A DNA stretch of 64,000 nt from an uncultured SAR86 cluster bacterium (GCA_902632555.1 CACPCZ010000001.1:32283-96282), one strand, 5' to 3'; numbered from the stretch's first letter, positions 19,073 through 29,634 are shown. Numbers and translations: made by a program. Notes: generated from the sequence alone by a model not told the origin.

Positions 19073-19850
19073 TTAGATTACCTTCAAATATAAAATTTGT
19101 ATCACCTTTTATTAATATACCATTTTTGAAATTTTTGAAATTTAATTTTCCACCCATTGAAACTATCTTGATATATCCTTTTGTTTTCTCTGTAAATTGT
19201 GACGCGACACAAAGTGAAGCTGATCCACATGATAGTGTTTCACCAACGCCGTTTTCATAAGTTCTTATCTGAATCTTATGATTTCGAATTTCATAAATAC
19301 TTAGATTAACTTCAGTTTTTTTAATAGAGTTTGGCAATCTTTGATATAAACTCTCAAGATTAAATTTTTCAATTGAGTCCATTTTTACGCATAAATGATT
19401 ATTACCAATATTAAATAATTTAAAAGGTTCTTTTATTACTTCCTTCACGGTTTTATTCATTATTTTATCTTCGATTAATCTCGGTTTTCTTACACACATT
19501 GATACACTCGAAAGATTAATCGGATTAGAGCTTATATTAATATTTTTAGTCATCAGAACTATTTTTTTTCGAGGAGCAAAACTGTTTTTCCATATGTAAG
19601 ATGCAGCACACCTTACTCCATTGATGCACATTCTGGCCTCTGACCCGTCAGCATTAAAAAATTTAATAAAGAAATCATGATTTTCATTTGTAGGTAGATC
19701 AACCTGAATTAATTGATCAAAACCTATACCTTTATTTCTATCAGAAATTTTTTTAATAAATTTTTTTGTAATTTTAATTTTGGCATCAATGTTATTGACT
19801 ATGACAAAATCGTTGCCATTTGCATGCCACTTTTCAAATTTTATTTCCAT
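19065..19850 (-). CDS. dapF: diaminopimelate epimerase
   Basis: Motif HANGNDF and two catalytic Cys regions (SEARMCINGVRC, ETLSCGSAS). Confidence 0.85.
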   Translation of the reverse strand: MEIKFEKWHANGNDFVIVNNIDAKIKITKKFIKKISDRNKGIGFDQLIQVDLPTNENHDFFIKFFNADGSEARMCINGVRCAASYIWKNSFAPRKKIVLMTKNINISSNPINLSSVSMCVRKPRLIEDKIMNKTVKEVIKEPFKLFNIGNNHLCVKMDSIEKFNLESLYQRLPNSIKKTEVNLSIYEIRNHKIQIRTYENGVGETLSCGSASLCVASQFTEKTKGYIKIVSMGGKLNFKNFKNGILIKGDTNFIFEGNLND

Positions 19851-19870
19851 AAAAAAGTTTGATAAAACTT

Positions 19871-19957
19871 TTAAAATATAATTGGGCCCCTAACACCACA
19901 TCCTGTTATAAGAAATAATGATAAAAAAGCCAATAAAATATAATTGATTCGATTCAT
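19871..19957 (-). CDS. lptM: minimal LptM (YifL)-like lipoprotein, 28 aa; not in the ORF track
   Basis: My translation is MNRINYILLAFLSLFLITGCGVRGPIIF*. It has a lipobox (LITGC) followed by CGVRGPIIF, matching the E. coli YifL mature N-terminus CGLKGPLYF. It sits directly upstream of dapF, as in E. coli. Confidence 0.7.
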   Translation of the reverse strand: MNRINYILLAFLSLFLITGCGVRGPIIF

Positions 19958-20000
19958 AGTTAATGTTTTGAGAAATTTTGCCCCAAAAAACATTTAAAAA

Positions 20001-21395
20001 TTAATATTTATAACTTTCTTCTTTAAATGGACCATCTTGTGGAACATTTATATAGTCTGCTTGATCCTTGGTTAATTTAGTAACTGTTCCGCCAAACCCT
20101 TCAACCATTAGACTTGCAACTTCTTCGTCTAATTTTTTCGGCAAAACTTCAACAGTTATCATTTCAGCTCTTGTATCTTCATCGTTAATGTTTGCAAAAC
20201 CTTGCTTATACAAGTGTATCTGAGCTAGAACCTGGTTCGCAAAAGATCCATCCATTATTCTGCTAGGATGCCCGGTAGCATTACCAAGATTAACTAGCCT
20301 TCCTTCAGCAAGAAGAATTATATAATTTTTGCTTGATAGGTCTGGAGTTCCATCTGGAGCAGTATCTCTGAATATTCTGTGAACTTGGGGTTTTATTTCA
20401 TCCCAATAAAAGTTTTCTCTCATATAAGCAGTATCAATTTCGTTATCAAAATGACCAATATTACATACAACAGCTGTATTTTTTAGAGTACTCAGCATTG
20501 CGGAATCACATACATTTACATTGCCTGTTGTAGTAACTACAAGATCAGTATCCCCCATTACTTGCATATTAATGTCAGATGCTTCTCTTGTTACAATTCC
20601 ATCTTTGTAACATGAAACAACCGAAAAACCATCCATACATGCTTGCATAGCGCATATAGGGTCTGATTCAACTACACTTACAATCATTCCCTCTTGAGCT
20701 AAACTAGCTGCCGATCCTTTACCCACATCACCATATCCTATGACAAGGCCTTTTTTACCAGAAAGCAACATGTCTGTTCCTCTTTTTAAAGCATCATTCA
20801 AACTGTGTCTACAACCGTATTTATTATCGTTCTTTGCTTTAGTTACTGAATCATTAACATTTATTGCAGGAACCTTGAGCTCACCTTTTTCAAGCATTTC
20901 TTTTAATCTATGCACCCCAGTTGTGGTTTCTTCTGAAACACCATGAATTGTTTCAAGCATTTCAGGAAATTTTTCATGCACCATTGCTGTTAGGTCGCTA
21001 CCATCGTCAAGAATCATATTTGCGTCCCATGGTTTTCCGTCTTTACAAATGGTCTGCTCAATACACCACTCAAATTCTTCTTCTGTTTCTCCCTTCCATG
21101 CAAACACAGGAACACCTTTAGCTGCCATTGCTGCGGCAGCATGATCTTGAGTAGAAAAAATATTACAGGATGACCATCTTAGCTCTGCTCCAAGGTCCAT
21201 AAGAGTTTCCATTAGGACAGCTGTCTGAATTGTCATATGAATGCAGCCCATTATTTTTGCGCCTGCCAGAGGTTGCTCCGATCTATATTTTTCTCTTAAT
21301 GCCATTAATGCAGGCATCTCATTTTCAGCAAGAGAGATTTCTCTTCTTCCAAATTCGGCTAAATTAATATCTGCTACTTTATAATCATTTTCCAT
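20001..21395 (-). CDS. ahcY: adenosylhomocysteinase
   Basis: 464 aa with the NAD-binding motif GYGDVGKG, plus DDGSDLT and GHFDNEID. Confidence 0.95.
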   Translation of the reverse strand: MENDYKVADINLAEFGRREISLAENEMPALMALREKYRSEQPLAGAKIMGCIHMTIQTAVLMETLMDLGAELRWSSCNIFSTQDHAAAAMAAKGVPVFAWKGETEEEFEWCIEQTICKDGKPWDANMILDDGSDLTAMVHEKFPEMLETIHGVSEETTTGVHRLKEMLEKGELKVPAINVNDSVTKAKNDNKYGCRHSLNDALKRGTDMLLSGKKGLVIGYGDVGKGSAASLAQEGMIVSVVESDPICAMQACMDGFSVVSCYKDGIVTREASDINMQVMGDTDLVVTTTGNVNVCDSAMLSTLKNTAVVCNIGHFDNEIDTAYMRENFYWDEIKPQVHRIFRDTAPDGTPDLSSKNYIILLAEGRLVNLGNATGHPSRIMDGSFANQVLAQIHLYKQGFANINDEDTRAEMITVEVLPKKLDEEVASLMVEGFGGTVTKLTKDQADYINVPQDGPFKEESYKY

Positions 21396-21418
21396 TTTTT
21401 TTCCTTGTTAAATTATTT

Positions 21419-22570
21419 TTATGAAATCTCTGAAACTTTATCTGTTCTTTCCCAGGTAAGATCAATATCTGTTCTTCCAAAATGACCGTATGCTGCAGTT
21501 GGAAGATAAATAGGTCTCTTAAGATCAAGCATATTAATGAGACTTTTAGGCCTTAAATCAAAATGCTCCTCAACGATTTTTTCAATAGCTTCTTTAGAAA
21601 TTTTTTCACTATTAAAAGTATTAACATTTATTGAAGTTGGTCTTGCTACCCCGATAGCATAAGAAACTTGAATTTCGCAGTAGTCAGCAAGTCCAGCAGC
21701 AACAATATTTTTTGCAACATATCGTGCCGCATAAGCTGCTGATCTATCAACCTTTGATGGATCTTTGCCAGAAAAAGCACCACCGCCATGTCTAGCCATA
21801 CCTCCATATGTATCTACAATAATTTTTCTTCCAGTTAAACCACAATCGCCTACTGGTCCTCCAATAACGAATTTGCCAGTTGGGTTAATAAAAATTTTAG
21901 TTGAATCAAGTATCCATTCACTTGGTACTATTGGTTTAATGATATTTTCCATTACGCCTTCTTTGATTTCATCCTGACTGACATCCTCGTCATGTTGTGT
22001 TGATAAAACAATTGCAGATAAACCCTCAATTGTTTTGCCATCATCTGAATATATTGCACTGACTTGACTTTTAGCATCTGGCCTTAGCCATGGAAGACCA
22101 TTCTCTTTCATAACATCAGCCTGTTTTTTAACTAATCTATGAGATAAGTCAATAGGAAGCGGCATTAGGGACTCTGTCTCAGTACACGCATAACCGAACA
22201 TAAGACCTTGATCACCGGCACCTTGTTCGAGATTTTCTCCCTCTCCTTCAGTAACTCCTTGAGAAATATCAGGAGACTGCTCAAAAACCAAATTTGTAAA
22301 TTTACAAGAATCACCATTAAAACCGTATTCATCAGTATCATATCCAATTTCATTTATTGTTTTTCTTACAACTGGTTCCAGATCAGGACTGCCCGTAGAA
22401 GTAATTTCCCCTGCAATAAAGACCATATTATTTTTAATCATAGTTTCGCAAGCGACCCTACTATTTGGATCTTCAGCTAAATATGCATCAAGAATGGCAT
22501 CCGAAATCTGATCGCATACTTTATCTGGATGTCCTGCAGATACTGATTCCGATGTAAATATATAACTCAT
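21419..22570 (-). CDS. metK: S-adenosylmethionine synthetase
   Basis: Motifs [52 protein letters not shown] lies upstream. Confidence 0.97.
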   Translation of the reverse strand: MSYIFTSESVSAGHPDKVCDQISDAILDAYLAEDPNSRVACETMIKNNMVFIAGEITSTGSPDLEPVVRKTINEIGYDTDEYGFNGDSCKFTNLVFEQSPDISQGVTEGEGENLEQGAGDQGLMFGYACTETESLMPLPIDLSHRLVKKQADVMKENGLPWLRPDAKSQVSAIYSDDGKTIEGLSAIVLSTQHDEDVSQDEIKEGVMENIIKPIVPSEWILDSTKIFINPTGKFVIGGPVGDCGLTGRKIIVDTYGGMARHGGGAFSGKDPSKVDRSAAYAARYVAKNIVAAGLADYCEIQVSYAIGVARPTSINVNTFNSEKISKEAIEKIVEEHFDLRPKSLINMLDLKRPIYLPTAAYGHFGRTDIDLTWERTDKVSEIS

Positions 22571-22681
22571 AAATTTTCTCCCTGAATTTTGTGAATTTTT
22601 AGAGCAATTTTAAAAAAATTTATTCAAAAGATATCAAAAACCTCTGCTAAACATTTTATAACAAAATATCTATTTATACCT

Positions 22682-24721
22682 ATGCTTTTGTCTACAAAAA
22701 TATTATTATCATTTAAACCAGAGGTTATTCAATTGCATCAATTAGACCATATAAATGTTCTTAGATTTTTGTCAGCTGATGCTGTACAAAAGGCAAAGTC
22801 TGGACATCCAGGTATGCCTATGGGGATGGCTGAAATAGCTACTGCTTTATGGAGCAAACACCTTAAACACAATCCTTCAAATCCAACCTGGTTCAACAGG
22901 GACAGGTTTGTTTTATCAAATGGTCATGGCTCGATGCTTTTATATAGCTTATTGCACTTGACTGGATATAAGCTTTCAATGGAAGACATTAAGGACTTTA
23001 GACAATTAAAATCAAAAACTCCTGGACATCCAGAGTACGATATAGACATTGGTGTTGAAACAACCACAGGACCTTTAGGTCAAGGGATTGCAAATGCAGT
23101 TGGCATGGCAATTTCAGAAAAAATATTGGCTGCTGAATTCAATAAAGAGGATATAAAGCCTATTGACCATTTTACATATGTTTTTTTAGGAGACGGTTGT
23201 TTAATGGAAGGGATATCACATGAGGCATGTTCATTTGCAGGAACACATAATCTTGGAAAATTAATTTGTTTTTATGATGAAAATGGTATTTCGATAGATG
23301 GCGAAATAAAAAACTGGTTCACAGACGATTCTGTTGATAGATTCAAAAGCTATGGTTGGCAAACAATCTGTGTGGATGGCCATAACGTTGATGAGATTGA
23401 TAATGCTATCAAAAAGGCAAAAGAGGAACCTAATAAACCTTCTATGATATTTTGTAAAACAACAATTGGTTTCGGTTCTCCAAATAAAGCAGGTACTGCT
23501 GATGTTCATGGCGCACCATTAGGAGAAGAAGAAATTGAAAAAACAAGAGAGGCACTTGGTTGGAGTTATCCGCCATTTGAAGTTCCTCAAGAAGTATATG
23601 ATTTTTGGGACTCAAAAAATTCTGGGGCTGAGTTAAATTCAGATTGGGATAATCTAATAAAAACATATCAAGATAATTATCCAAATGATTCATCCGAGTT
23701 ACTTAGAAGAATCGATGCAGCGATGCCAAATAACCTCCAAACAAAATTTGAAGAATTTCTTCATGATTGTTGTTCAAATGATTCCTCCATGGCAACAAGA
23801 AAAGCATCTAAGGTATGCTTAGATTTTTTTGTGGAAGAAATGCCTGAACTTATAGGTGGTTCAGCAGATTTAACTCCATCAAATAATACATTTTCTGCTT
23901 CAAGTACTACATTCTCGAACGAAAACCCATCAGGAAATCATATTAATTACGGGGTCAGAGAATTTGGGATGTCAGCTATCATGAATGGCATGGTTCTTCA
24001 TGGAGGCATAAAGCCCTATGGTGCAACTTTTTTAGTTTTCACCGATTATGCAAGAAATGCAGTCAGACTTTCAGCCCTAATGGGGTTGCCAAATATATTT
24101 GTTTATACACATGATTCTGTTGCGCTTGGTGAAGACGGACCTACTCACCAACCTATTGAACATATGGTAACTTTGAGGTCAACACCCAATTTAAATAATT
24201 GGAGGCCAGCAGATCTAGTTGAAACTGCAGTTGCTTGGAAAGCTGCTGTTAGCTCAAATAAAACACCAACTTGCTTAATTTTTAGTAGACAAGGAACAGA
24301 TCCTATTAAACGAACATCCGAACAAGTTTCCTGTATTGAAAAGGGAGGCTATTTGCTTGAAGAAAATGAAAAACCAGACCTAACAATTATCGGAACTGGA
24401 AGCGAAGTTCAGTTAGTTCAAGATGCATCAGAAGAACTAAAAAATATATCAATTAAAGCAAACGTTGTTTCAATGCCATCTTTAGATATTTTCCTAGAGC
24501 AAACTAATGAATATCGGAATACGGTTATCAATCCGAATAGACCAGTGCTCGTAGTGGAATGTGCTCACCCAAATTCTTGGTATAGAATTTTAAACAGAAA
24601 CGATAAAGTAATAGGGATAGAAACCTTTGGAGAATCTGCACCTGGTAGTCAATTACTAGATCATTTTGGTTTTAATAAGACAAACGTAATTGAGACCGCA
24701 AAATCATTAATTAATGATTAA
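22682..24721 (+). CDS. tkt: transketolase
   Basis: Motifs SGHPGMPMG, GDGCLMEG and THDSVALGEDGPTHQPIEH. The track start at 22682 adds about 17 non-conserved residues. An in-frame TTG at 22733, preceded by GAGG 8 nt upstream, is the more likely start. Confidence 0.93.
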   Translation: MLLSTKILLSFKPEVIQLHQLDHINVLRFLSADAVQKAKSGHPGMPMGMAEIATALWSKHLKHNPSNPTWFNRDRFVLSNGHGSMLLYSLLHLTGYKLSMEDIKDFRQLKSKTPGHPEYDIDIGVETTTGPLGQGIANAVGMAISEKILAAEFNKEDIKPIDHFTYVFLGDGCLMEGISHEACSFAGTHNLGKLICFYDENGISIDGEIKNWFTDDSVDRFKSYGWQTICVDGHNVDEIDNAIKKAKEEPNKPSMIFCKTTIGFGSPNKAGTADVHGAPLGEEEIEKTREALGWSYPPFEVPQEVYDFWDSKNSGAELNSDWDNLIKTYQDNYPNDSSELLRRIDAAMPNNLQTKFEEFLHDCCSNDSSMATRKASKVCLDFFVEEMPELIGGSADLTPSNNTFSASSTTFSNENPSGNHINYGVREFGMSAIMNGMVLHGGIKPYGATFLVFTDYARNAVRLSALMGLPNIFVYTHDSVALGEDGPTHQPIEHMVTLRSTPNLNNWRPADLVETAVAWKAAVSSNKTPTCLIFSRQGTDPIKRTSEQVSCIEKGGYLLEENEKPDLTIIGTGSEVQLVQDASEELKNISIKANVVSMPSLDIFLEQTNEYRNTVINPNRPVLVVECAHPNSWYRILNRNDKVIGIETFGESAPGSQLLDHFGFNKTNVIETAKSLIND

Positions 24722-25868
24722 TCTTACCTCAATAGATTTAACCAATAAAAATCTTGTTATGAGGGTTGATATGAATGTGCCACTTAAAGATGGAACTGTT
24801 CTTGATGCTACCAGGATAGAAGCATGTTTACCGTCTATTGAGTACGCGCTAAAAAATAAGGCAAAGATTCTACTTATAAGTCATCTTGGAAGACCATCTG
24901 AAGGAAATTTTGATGAAAAATTTTCCTTAAGACCAGTTGCAGAGCATCTTTCAACAATAATTAACCAATGTTGTGAGTTAATAGATAGTCCAGAATCAAA
25001 TAAAATTTTTAATAGCAATTCAGATGTTCAACTTCTTGAAAATATAAGATTTTTTAATGGAGAAAAAATAAACTCAAATAAGCTTGGACAGACGCTCGCT
25101 AACCTTGGAGATATATATGTATTTGACGCTTTTGGAACTGCGCACAGAGAACAGGCCTCTACTCATTCAGCAATTGAGCAATCAAAGATTGCATGTGCGG
25201 GGCTACTACTTGAAAAAGAGAATAATTTTCTTACAAAGGCACTAAATAATTATGAAGATCCATACGTTGCTGTTATTGGTGGAGCAAAAGTATCGACAAA
25301 GCTTGAATTAATTCAGCATATTAATTGTGTTGCTAAAAATATAATTGTTGGTGGAGGCATTGCTAATACTTTTATTAGAGCTGCTGGTTTTAATGTTGGA
25401 AATTCTTTAATTGAAGAATCTATGATCGGAGTTGCAAAAGAAATTTTAAGCGACGGTAGAATTCTTTTACCTAAAAAAGTAATAACGTCAAAAACTTTTG
25501 AAGGAGAAAATATACAAGAAAAATTCATTGAAGAAATCGAAAATGATGACATGATTTTAGATTTATGTATTGAAAAAGATATCTACGAAATACTAGCTTC
25601 ATCTAAGACAATTCTTTGGAACGGACCAATGGGTGTCTTTGAAAATAAATTATTTGAGAAGGGAACAAAAGATATATCTGAAGCTATTGCAAAATCGGAT
25701 GCATTTTCAATCGCCGGAGGTGGAGAAACATTATCCGCTATCAATAAATATATTAATTCAGATGATGTATCATATTGTTCTACAGGTGGAGGAGCATTCC
25801 TTGAGTTTATGGAAGGTAAAATCCTTCCATCAATTAAAGCTTTAAATGCTAAAAATAAGGAGGGATAA
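24714..25868 (+). CDS. pgk: phosphoglycerate kinase
   Basis: Motifs RVDMNVP, SHLGRP, FDAFGTAHR and STGGGAFLEF. Confidence 0.95.
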   Translation: MINLTSIDLTNKNLVMRVDMNVPLKDGTVLDATRIEACLPSIEYALKNKAKILLISHLGRPSEGNFDEKFSLRPVAEHLSTIINQCCELIDSPESNKIFNSNSDVQLLENIRFFNGEKINSNKLGQTLANLGDIYVFDAFGTAHREQASTHSAIEQSKIACAGLLLEKENNFLTKALNNYEDPYVAVIGGAKVSTKLELIQHINCVAKNIIVGGGIANTFIRAAGFNVGNSLIEESMIGVAKEILSDGRILLPKKVITSKTFEGENIQEKFIEEIENDDMILDLCIEKDIYEILASSKTILWNGPMGVFENKLFEKGTKDISEAIAKSDAFSIAGGGETLSAINKYINSDDVSYCSTGGGAFLEFMEGKILPSIKALNAKNKEG

Positions 25869-25871
25869 AAT

Positions 25872-26879
25872 ATGACTTTAGAAGAAATAGCAAATTATAT
25901 TGTTTCAGACGGTAAGGGTATTTTGGCAGCTGACGAGAGCAATCCTACTTGTGGTAAAAGATTTGATTCTATTGGCGTAGAGTCAACTGAAGAAAACAGA
26001 AGAGATTACAGAGAAATGTTATTCAGGTCTGAAGGCATGAAGGGAAATATTGGCGGAGTAATATTATTTGATGAAACAATACGACAGGCAGCCTCTGATG
26101 GCACTCTTTTGAGAGATCTAATATCTAGTCAAGGAGCCCTACCGGGCATCAAAGTTGATAAAGGACTTCAGCAAATTGAGAATTGCCCAGGCGAGACCGT
26201 GACAGTTGGCCTTGATGGTCTTAGCGAAAGATTGAAAGAATATGCTGAGATGGGAGCAAAATTCACTAAATGGCGAGCAGTAATTAATATCGGAGAAGGT
26301 ATCCCAACTGATAAATGTATTAATGCAAATATGGATGCTCTTGCGCAGTATGCAAAATGTGCACAAGATAATGGGATGGTTCCTATTGTTGAGCCAGAAG
26401 TTCTAATGGATGGCGATCATTCAATAGAAGATTGCTACGACGCTACTGATAGATCTCTTAATGCCTTGTTTGAACATCTAGAAAAACATGGAGTCAACTT
26501 AAAAGGAACGCTATTAAAACCAAATATGGTTACATCTGGTTCAAATTGCCCTACTCAAGCTGGGATTGATGAAGTCGCAAAAAAAACTATTGATGTTCTC
26601 TCCAAGAACGTACCTCAAGAACTACCAGGAATAGCATTTTTATCTGGCGGACAATCAGATGTTTTAGCAACTGCGCACCTAGATGCTATGAACAAAATAG
26701 GTGGATTTTCTTGGAAACTAAGCTTTTCTTATGGACGTGCCTTACAAGCTGCTGCTCTTAAAGCTTGGGGAGGAAAACCTGAAAATGTTTTTATATCCCA
26801 GGATGAACTATCTCATAGAGCAGAGATGAATAAATTAGCATCTCTTGGTCAATGGGAAGAAGATCTAGAAGACAGATAG
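25872..26879 (+). CDS. fba: fructose-bisphosphate aldolase, class I
   Basis: Motifs GILAADES, the Schiff-base region LLKPNMV, and LSGGQS. Length is 335 aa. Confidence 0.9.
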   Translation: MTLEEIANYIVSDGKGILAADESNPTCGKRFDSIGVESTEENRRDYREMLFRSEGMKGNIGGVILFDETIRQAASDGTLLRDLISSQGALPGIKVDKGLQQIENCPGETVTVGLDGLSERLKEYAEMGAKFTKWRAVINIGEGIPTDKCINANMDALAQYAKCAQDNGMVPIVEPEVLMDGDHSIEDCYDATDRSLNALFEHLEKHGVNLKGTLLKPNMVTSGSNCPTQAGIDEVAKKTIDVLSKNVPQELPGIAFLSGGQSDVLATAHLDAMNKIGGFSWKLSFSYGRALQAAALKAWGGKPENVFISQDELSHRAEMNKLASLGQWEEDLEDR

Positions 26880-26882
26880 AAC

Positions 26883-27320
26883 TTGTTAGCAACTGTTCAA
26901 AGAGTTTCTCAGGCTTCAGTAATAATTGATAATGCAGAATATTCTTCTATTCGTGAGGGTATATTAGTATTCATCTGTATTGAGCAACAAGATTGTTCAG
27001 AAACTTCAAAAGAGATGGCACATAAGATATTTAACTTTAAGATGTTAGATGGCTCAAAAGGTATCACTTCACTATCTTTGAAAAATAGCGATGAAGAGAT
27101 TTTAATAATCAGCCAATTTACACTTGCTGCAATAACAAACAAAGGCACTAAGCCAAGTTTTCATAAAGCAGCTAAACCAGATGATGCGAAATTGCTGTAT
27201 GATGAATTTGTTGGAGAATTTAAGAAATTGTCTAATAAAGTCAAAGAGGGAAAGTTTGGAGCATTTATGGAAGTTTCAATGAATAATAAGGGCCCAGTAA
27301 CTTTTAATTTTAAGGTCTAA
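26883..27320 (+). CDS. dtd: D-aminoacyl-tRNA deacylase
   Basis: 145 aa with a TTG start. Motifs VQRVSQASV, SQFTL and NKGPVTF. Confidence 0.85.
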   Translation: MLATVQRVSQASVIIDNAEYSSIREGILVFICIEQQDCSETSKEMAHKIFNFKMLDGSKGITSLSLKNSDEEILIISQFTLAAITNKGTKPSFHKAAKPDDAKLLYDEFVGEFKKLSNKVKEGKFGAFMEVSMNNKGPVTFNFKV

Positions 27321-27326
27321 AAACAT

Positions 27327-27908
27327 ATGAAGAATATTTCAATATTTTGTGGTGCTCATGAAGGAAAAAATCCTAAATATGCTGAAGATGCAAAACTCGT
27401 TGCAGAGAATTTAGCAAAAAAGGGTATAAATGTTGTATTTGGTGGCGGCAACGTTGGTCTTATGAAAATCATTTCTGACACGGCCCTGGATAATGGTGTA
27501 GAAGTTTTGGGTATTTCTTTAAAATCTTTACATGCTTTAGAGTTAGCCAATCCGAGGCTAAAAGACATCGTAGTTACAGAAACATTATTGGACAGGAAAG
27601 ATGAGTTTATGAGTAGGTCAGATGCATTTATAGTTCTGCCTGGTGGTGTGGGTTCACTAGATGAACTAGCTGAGATTATGGCTAGCAATCAGCTGGGAAT
27701 TATAAATAAACCTTTAGGCATTCTAAACACAGAAGGTTACTATGATTATTTACTAAAATGGTTTGAAAAAGCGGTTGAAGAAGGTTTTATCTCATCTTCA
27801 AACCTTAAAGAGTTGTTGGTTTCTGATTCACCCGCAGAACTTGTAGAGATGGTAGTAAATCATAAAAGACCATCTGATAACGACTGGACTAATAGATTAG
27901 GATTGTAA
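27327..27908 (+). CDS. LOG-family nucleotide 5'-monophosphate nucleosidase (TIGR00730)
   Basis: Motifs FGGGNVGLM and PGGVGSLDELAE (PGGxGTxxE). Confidence 0.8.
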   Translation: MKNISIFCGAHEGKNPKYAEDAKLVAENLAKKGINVVFGGGNVGLMKIISDTALDNGVEVLGISLKSLHALELANPRLKDIVVTETLLDRKDEFMSRSDAFIVLPGGVGSLDELAEIMASNQLGIINKPLGILNTEGYYDYLLKWFEKAVEEGFISSSNLKELLVSDSPAELVEMVVNHKRPSDNDWTNRLGL

Positions 27909-27911
27909 GAT

Positions 27912-28511
27912 TTGTCTTTCGATGAAGTTCGAGTTATTACAGTTGTTTATTTTGCTGTTTTTATACCACTTTTAATTTATATTTTTAGAAAGTCGGCATT
28001 ACCAAGCTGGGTTCCAACATTTTATATTGTTGGCATTGTTGTTTGTGCATTGGGGTGGGAATTATGGTTTACATTTGGATGGTTGAATGGCGATCCAGTA
28101 AGCATAAGGAGATCAGAGGCGCTGAATTACTGGCTTCCTCAAAACATAAACTGGCTCATGAATTCAATGGGAGATTCGGGCACAGTTTTGCTTGGAGGAT
28201 CATGGTTAATGTGGCTGTCTCACAATAAAAATAATTTAATATTTCAAAAGTGGAAATGGAGTGCTTTTTTAGTTTTATTAATTTGGTGCATAGGTCAAAA
28301 TATATTCGTAGAAATGTTCTTATACCATGATCAACTGGCAGAAGGAAAAGATTTATCTTGGGCGCCATTATCTCCACTTGGTCCATATATTAATCCTGTG
28401 TTATTTGAATTTAATGGAAGAACAATAATGCTTCAGTCTCAGATGCCTTGGTTGATATTGCCCTGGTTTTTTTATGGGACGTTAATAAATTTGAACAGAT
28501 CTTCTGACTAA
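27912..28511 (+). CDS. Trp-rich polytopic membrane protein, unknown family
   Basis: 199 aa with a TTG start and about 5 predicted TM segments. It has many Trp residues (WELWFTFGW, WLMWLS, WKWSAF, MPWLILPWFFYG). I recognise no motif. Confidence 0.45.
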   Translation: MSFDEVRVITVVYFAVFIPLLIYIFRKSALPSWVPTFYIVGIVVCALGWELWFTFGWLNGDPVSIRRSEALNYWLPQNINWLMNSMGDSGTVLLGGSWLMWLSHNKNNLIFQKWKWSAFLVLLIWCIGQNIFVEMFLYHDQLAEGKDLSWAPLSPLGPYINPVLFEFNGRTIMLQSQMPWLILPWFFYGTLINLNRSSD

Positions 28512-28522
28512 TTGCCCATTAT

Positions 28523-29221
28523 TTATTTTTTGGACAATAATAGCCCTATCTCAAAGAGCAGCCACATTGGAACTGCTAAAAAAAGTTGAGAAAAAATATC
28601 AGGTGGAGTTAACAGCATTCCCACTACTAAGAAAAAGATAATTAAATAAGGCCTAGACTTTGATAAAGACGTTTTTGAGGTTATACCACTTTTTATTAAA
28701 AGAACAGTGGCTACAGGAATTTCAAAAGCAACTCCAAAAGCAAAAACAAGCTTTAATACAAAGTTAAGATACTGATTAATATCTGTCATCACCTGAATGG
28801 TATCTGGCGACATACTAATAAAGAAGTTAAAAATTATTGGACATACAACAAAAAAGGCAAATGCAGCCCCACAAAAAAATAAAACAACTGTTGAAAGCAT
28901 TAAGGGCGCAGTTAGTTTTTTTTCGTTTTCATATAAACCAGGTGATGTAAACATCCAAATTTGAAAAAATAACCACGGCATCGAAAAAAGCATTGCAAGG
29001 TACAAAACAAGTTTGATAGGTGCCATAAATGGTGAAGCAACTTCTGTTGCAATCATAGTCGTTCCTATTGGAAGAATCTCGATTAATGGTGCTGCAACAA
29101 AAGAATAAATTTGTGTGGCAAATGGAAAGCCAATTAGTGACAAAATACCAAATAAAGCAAAAACCCTTAACAGCCTAGACCTTAACTCTAAAAGATGATT
29201 TGAAACAGAGTCTTTAGTCAT
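28523..29221 (-). CDS. tatC: Sec-independent protein translocase TatC
   Basis: The N-terminus HLLELRSRLL matches the TatC start, and there are six TM helices. I place the start at the ATG at 29221 (ATGACTAA overlap with the tatB stop) rather than at 29275. Confidence 0.9.
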   Translation of the reverse strand: MTKDSVSNHLLELRSRLLRVFALFGILSLIGFPFATQIYSFVAAPLIEILPIGTTMIATEVASPFMAPIKLVLYLAMLFSMPWLFFQIWMFTSPGLYENEKKLTAPLMLSTVVLFFCGAAFAFFVVCPIIFNFFISMSPDTIQVMTDINQYLNFVLKLVFAFGVAFEIPVATVLLIKSGITSKTSLSKSRPYLIIFFLVVGMLLTPPDIFSQLFLAVPMWLLFEIGLLLSKK

Positions 29222-29459
29222 TATTATTTTTTTCATTTTCTTTAAGTTCTTCCATTCTGAGCTCATTGAAAACATCTTTCTTTAGTTCATCAACTCCAAT
29301 ATCTTCTTTAATACTATTCTTAAAATTAGTAAAAGCATTCTCTAGCCTTTTATAAAATTTCAGAATTAACTTCGCGAGATCAGGAAGTCTTTTAGGCCCG
29401 ATAATTACCAAACCTATTACAAAAATAACAAGAATTTCAAGGAAACCTATTTGAAACAA
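29214..29459 (-). CDS. tatB: Sec-independent protein translocase TatB
   Basis: MFQIGFLEILVIFVIGLVIIGPKRLP matches the TatB N-terminus. It lies between tatA and tatC. Confidence 0.8.
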   Translation of the reverse strand: MFQIGFLEILVIFVIGLVIIGPKRLPDLAKLILKFYKRLENAFTNFKNSIKEDIGVDELKKDVFNELRMEELKENEKNNND

Positions 29460-29461
29460 TT

Positions 29462-29626
29462 TTATTCTTCTTCTTTAGAATCTTCTTCTTTTATAGCCTT
29501 TTTAAAGCCTTTGATGCTCGACCCCAAATCAGATCCAATTGACTTTAATTTACCACTACCAAATATTAGCAATACCACCACTAAAATTATAAGTAATTGC
29601 CATAAACTTATGCCGCCAAAGCCCAT
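29462..29626 (-). CDS. tatA: Sec-independent protein translocase TatA, 54 aa; not in the ORF track
   Basis: My translation is MGFGGISLWQLLIILVVVLLIFGSGKLKSIGSDLGSSIKGFKKAIKEEDSKEEE*. It has the canonical TatA TM helix, hinge and amphipathic helix, and a GGAG RBS 6 nt upstream. Confidence 0.85.
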   Translation of the reverse strand: MGFGGISLWQLLIILVVVLLIFGSGKLKSIGSDLGSSIKGFKKAIKEEDSKEEE

Positions 29627-29634
29627 ATATACTC

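Noticed and set aside
22571-22681. Possible SAM riboswitch upstream of metK (minus strand)
   Set aside because: The leader is short and very AT-rich. I could not draw the SAM-II/SAM-V pseudoknot or any conserved helices. Only a plain GGGAGA RBS is evident.
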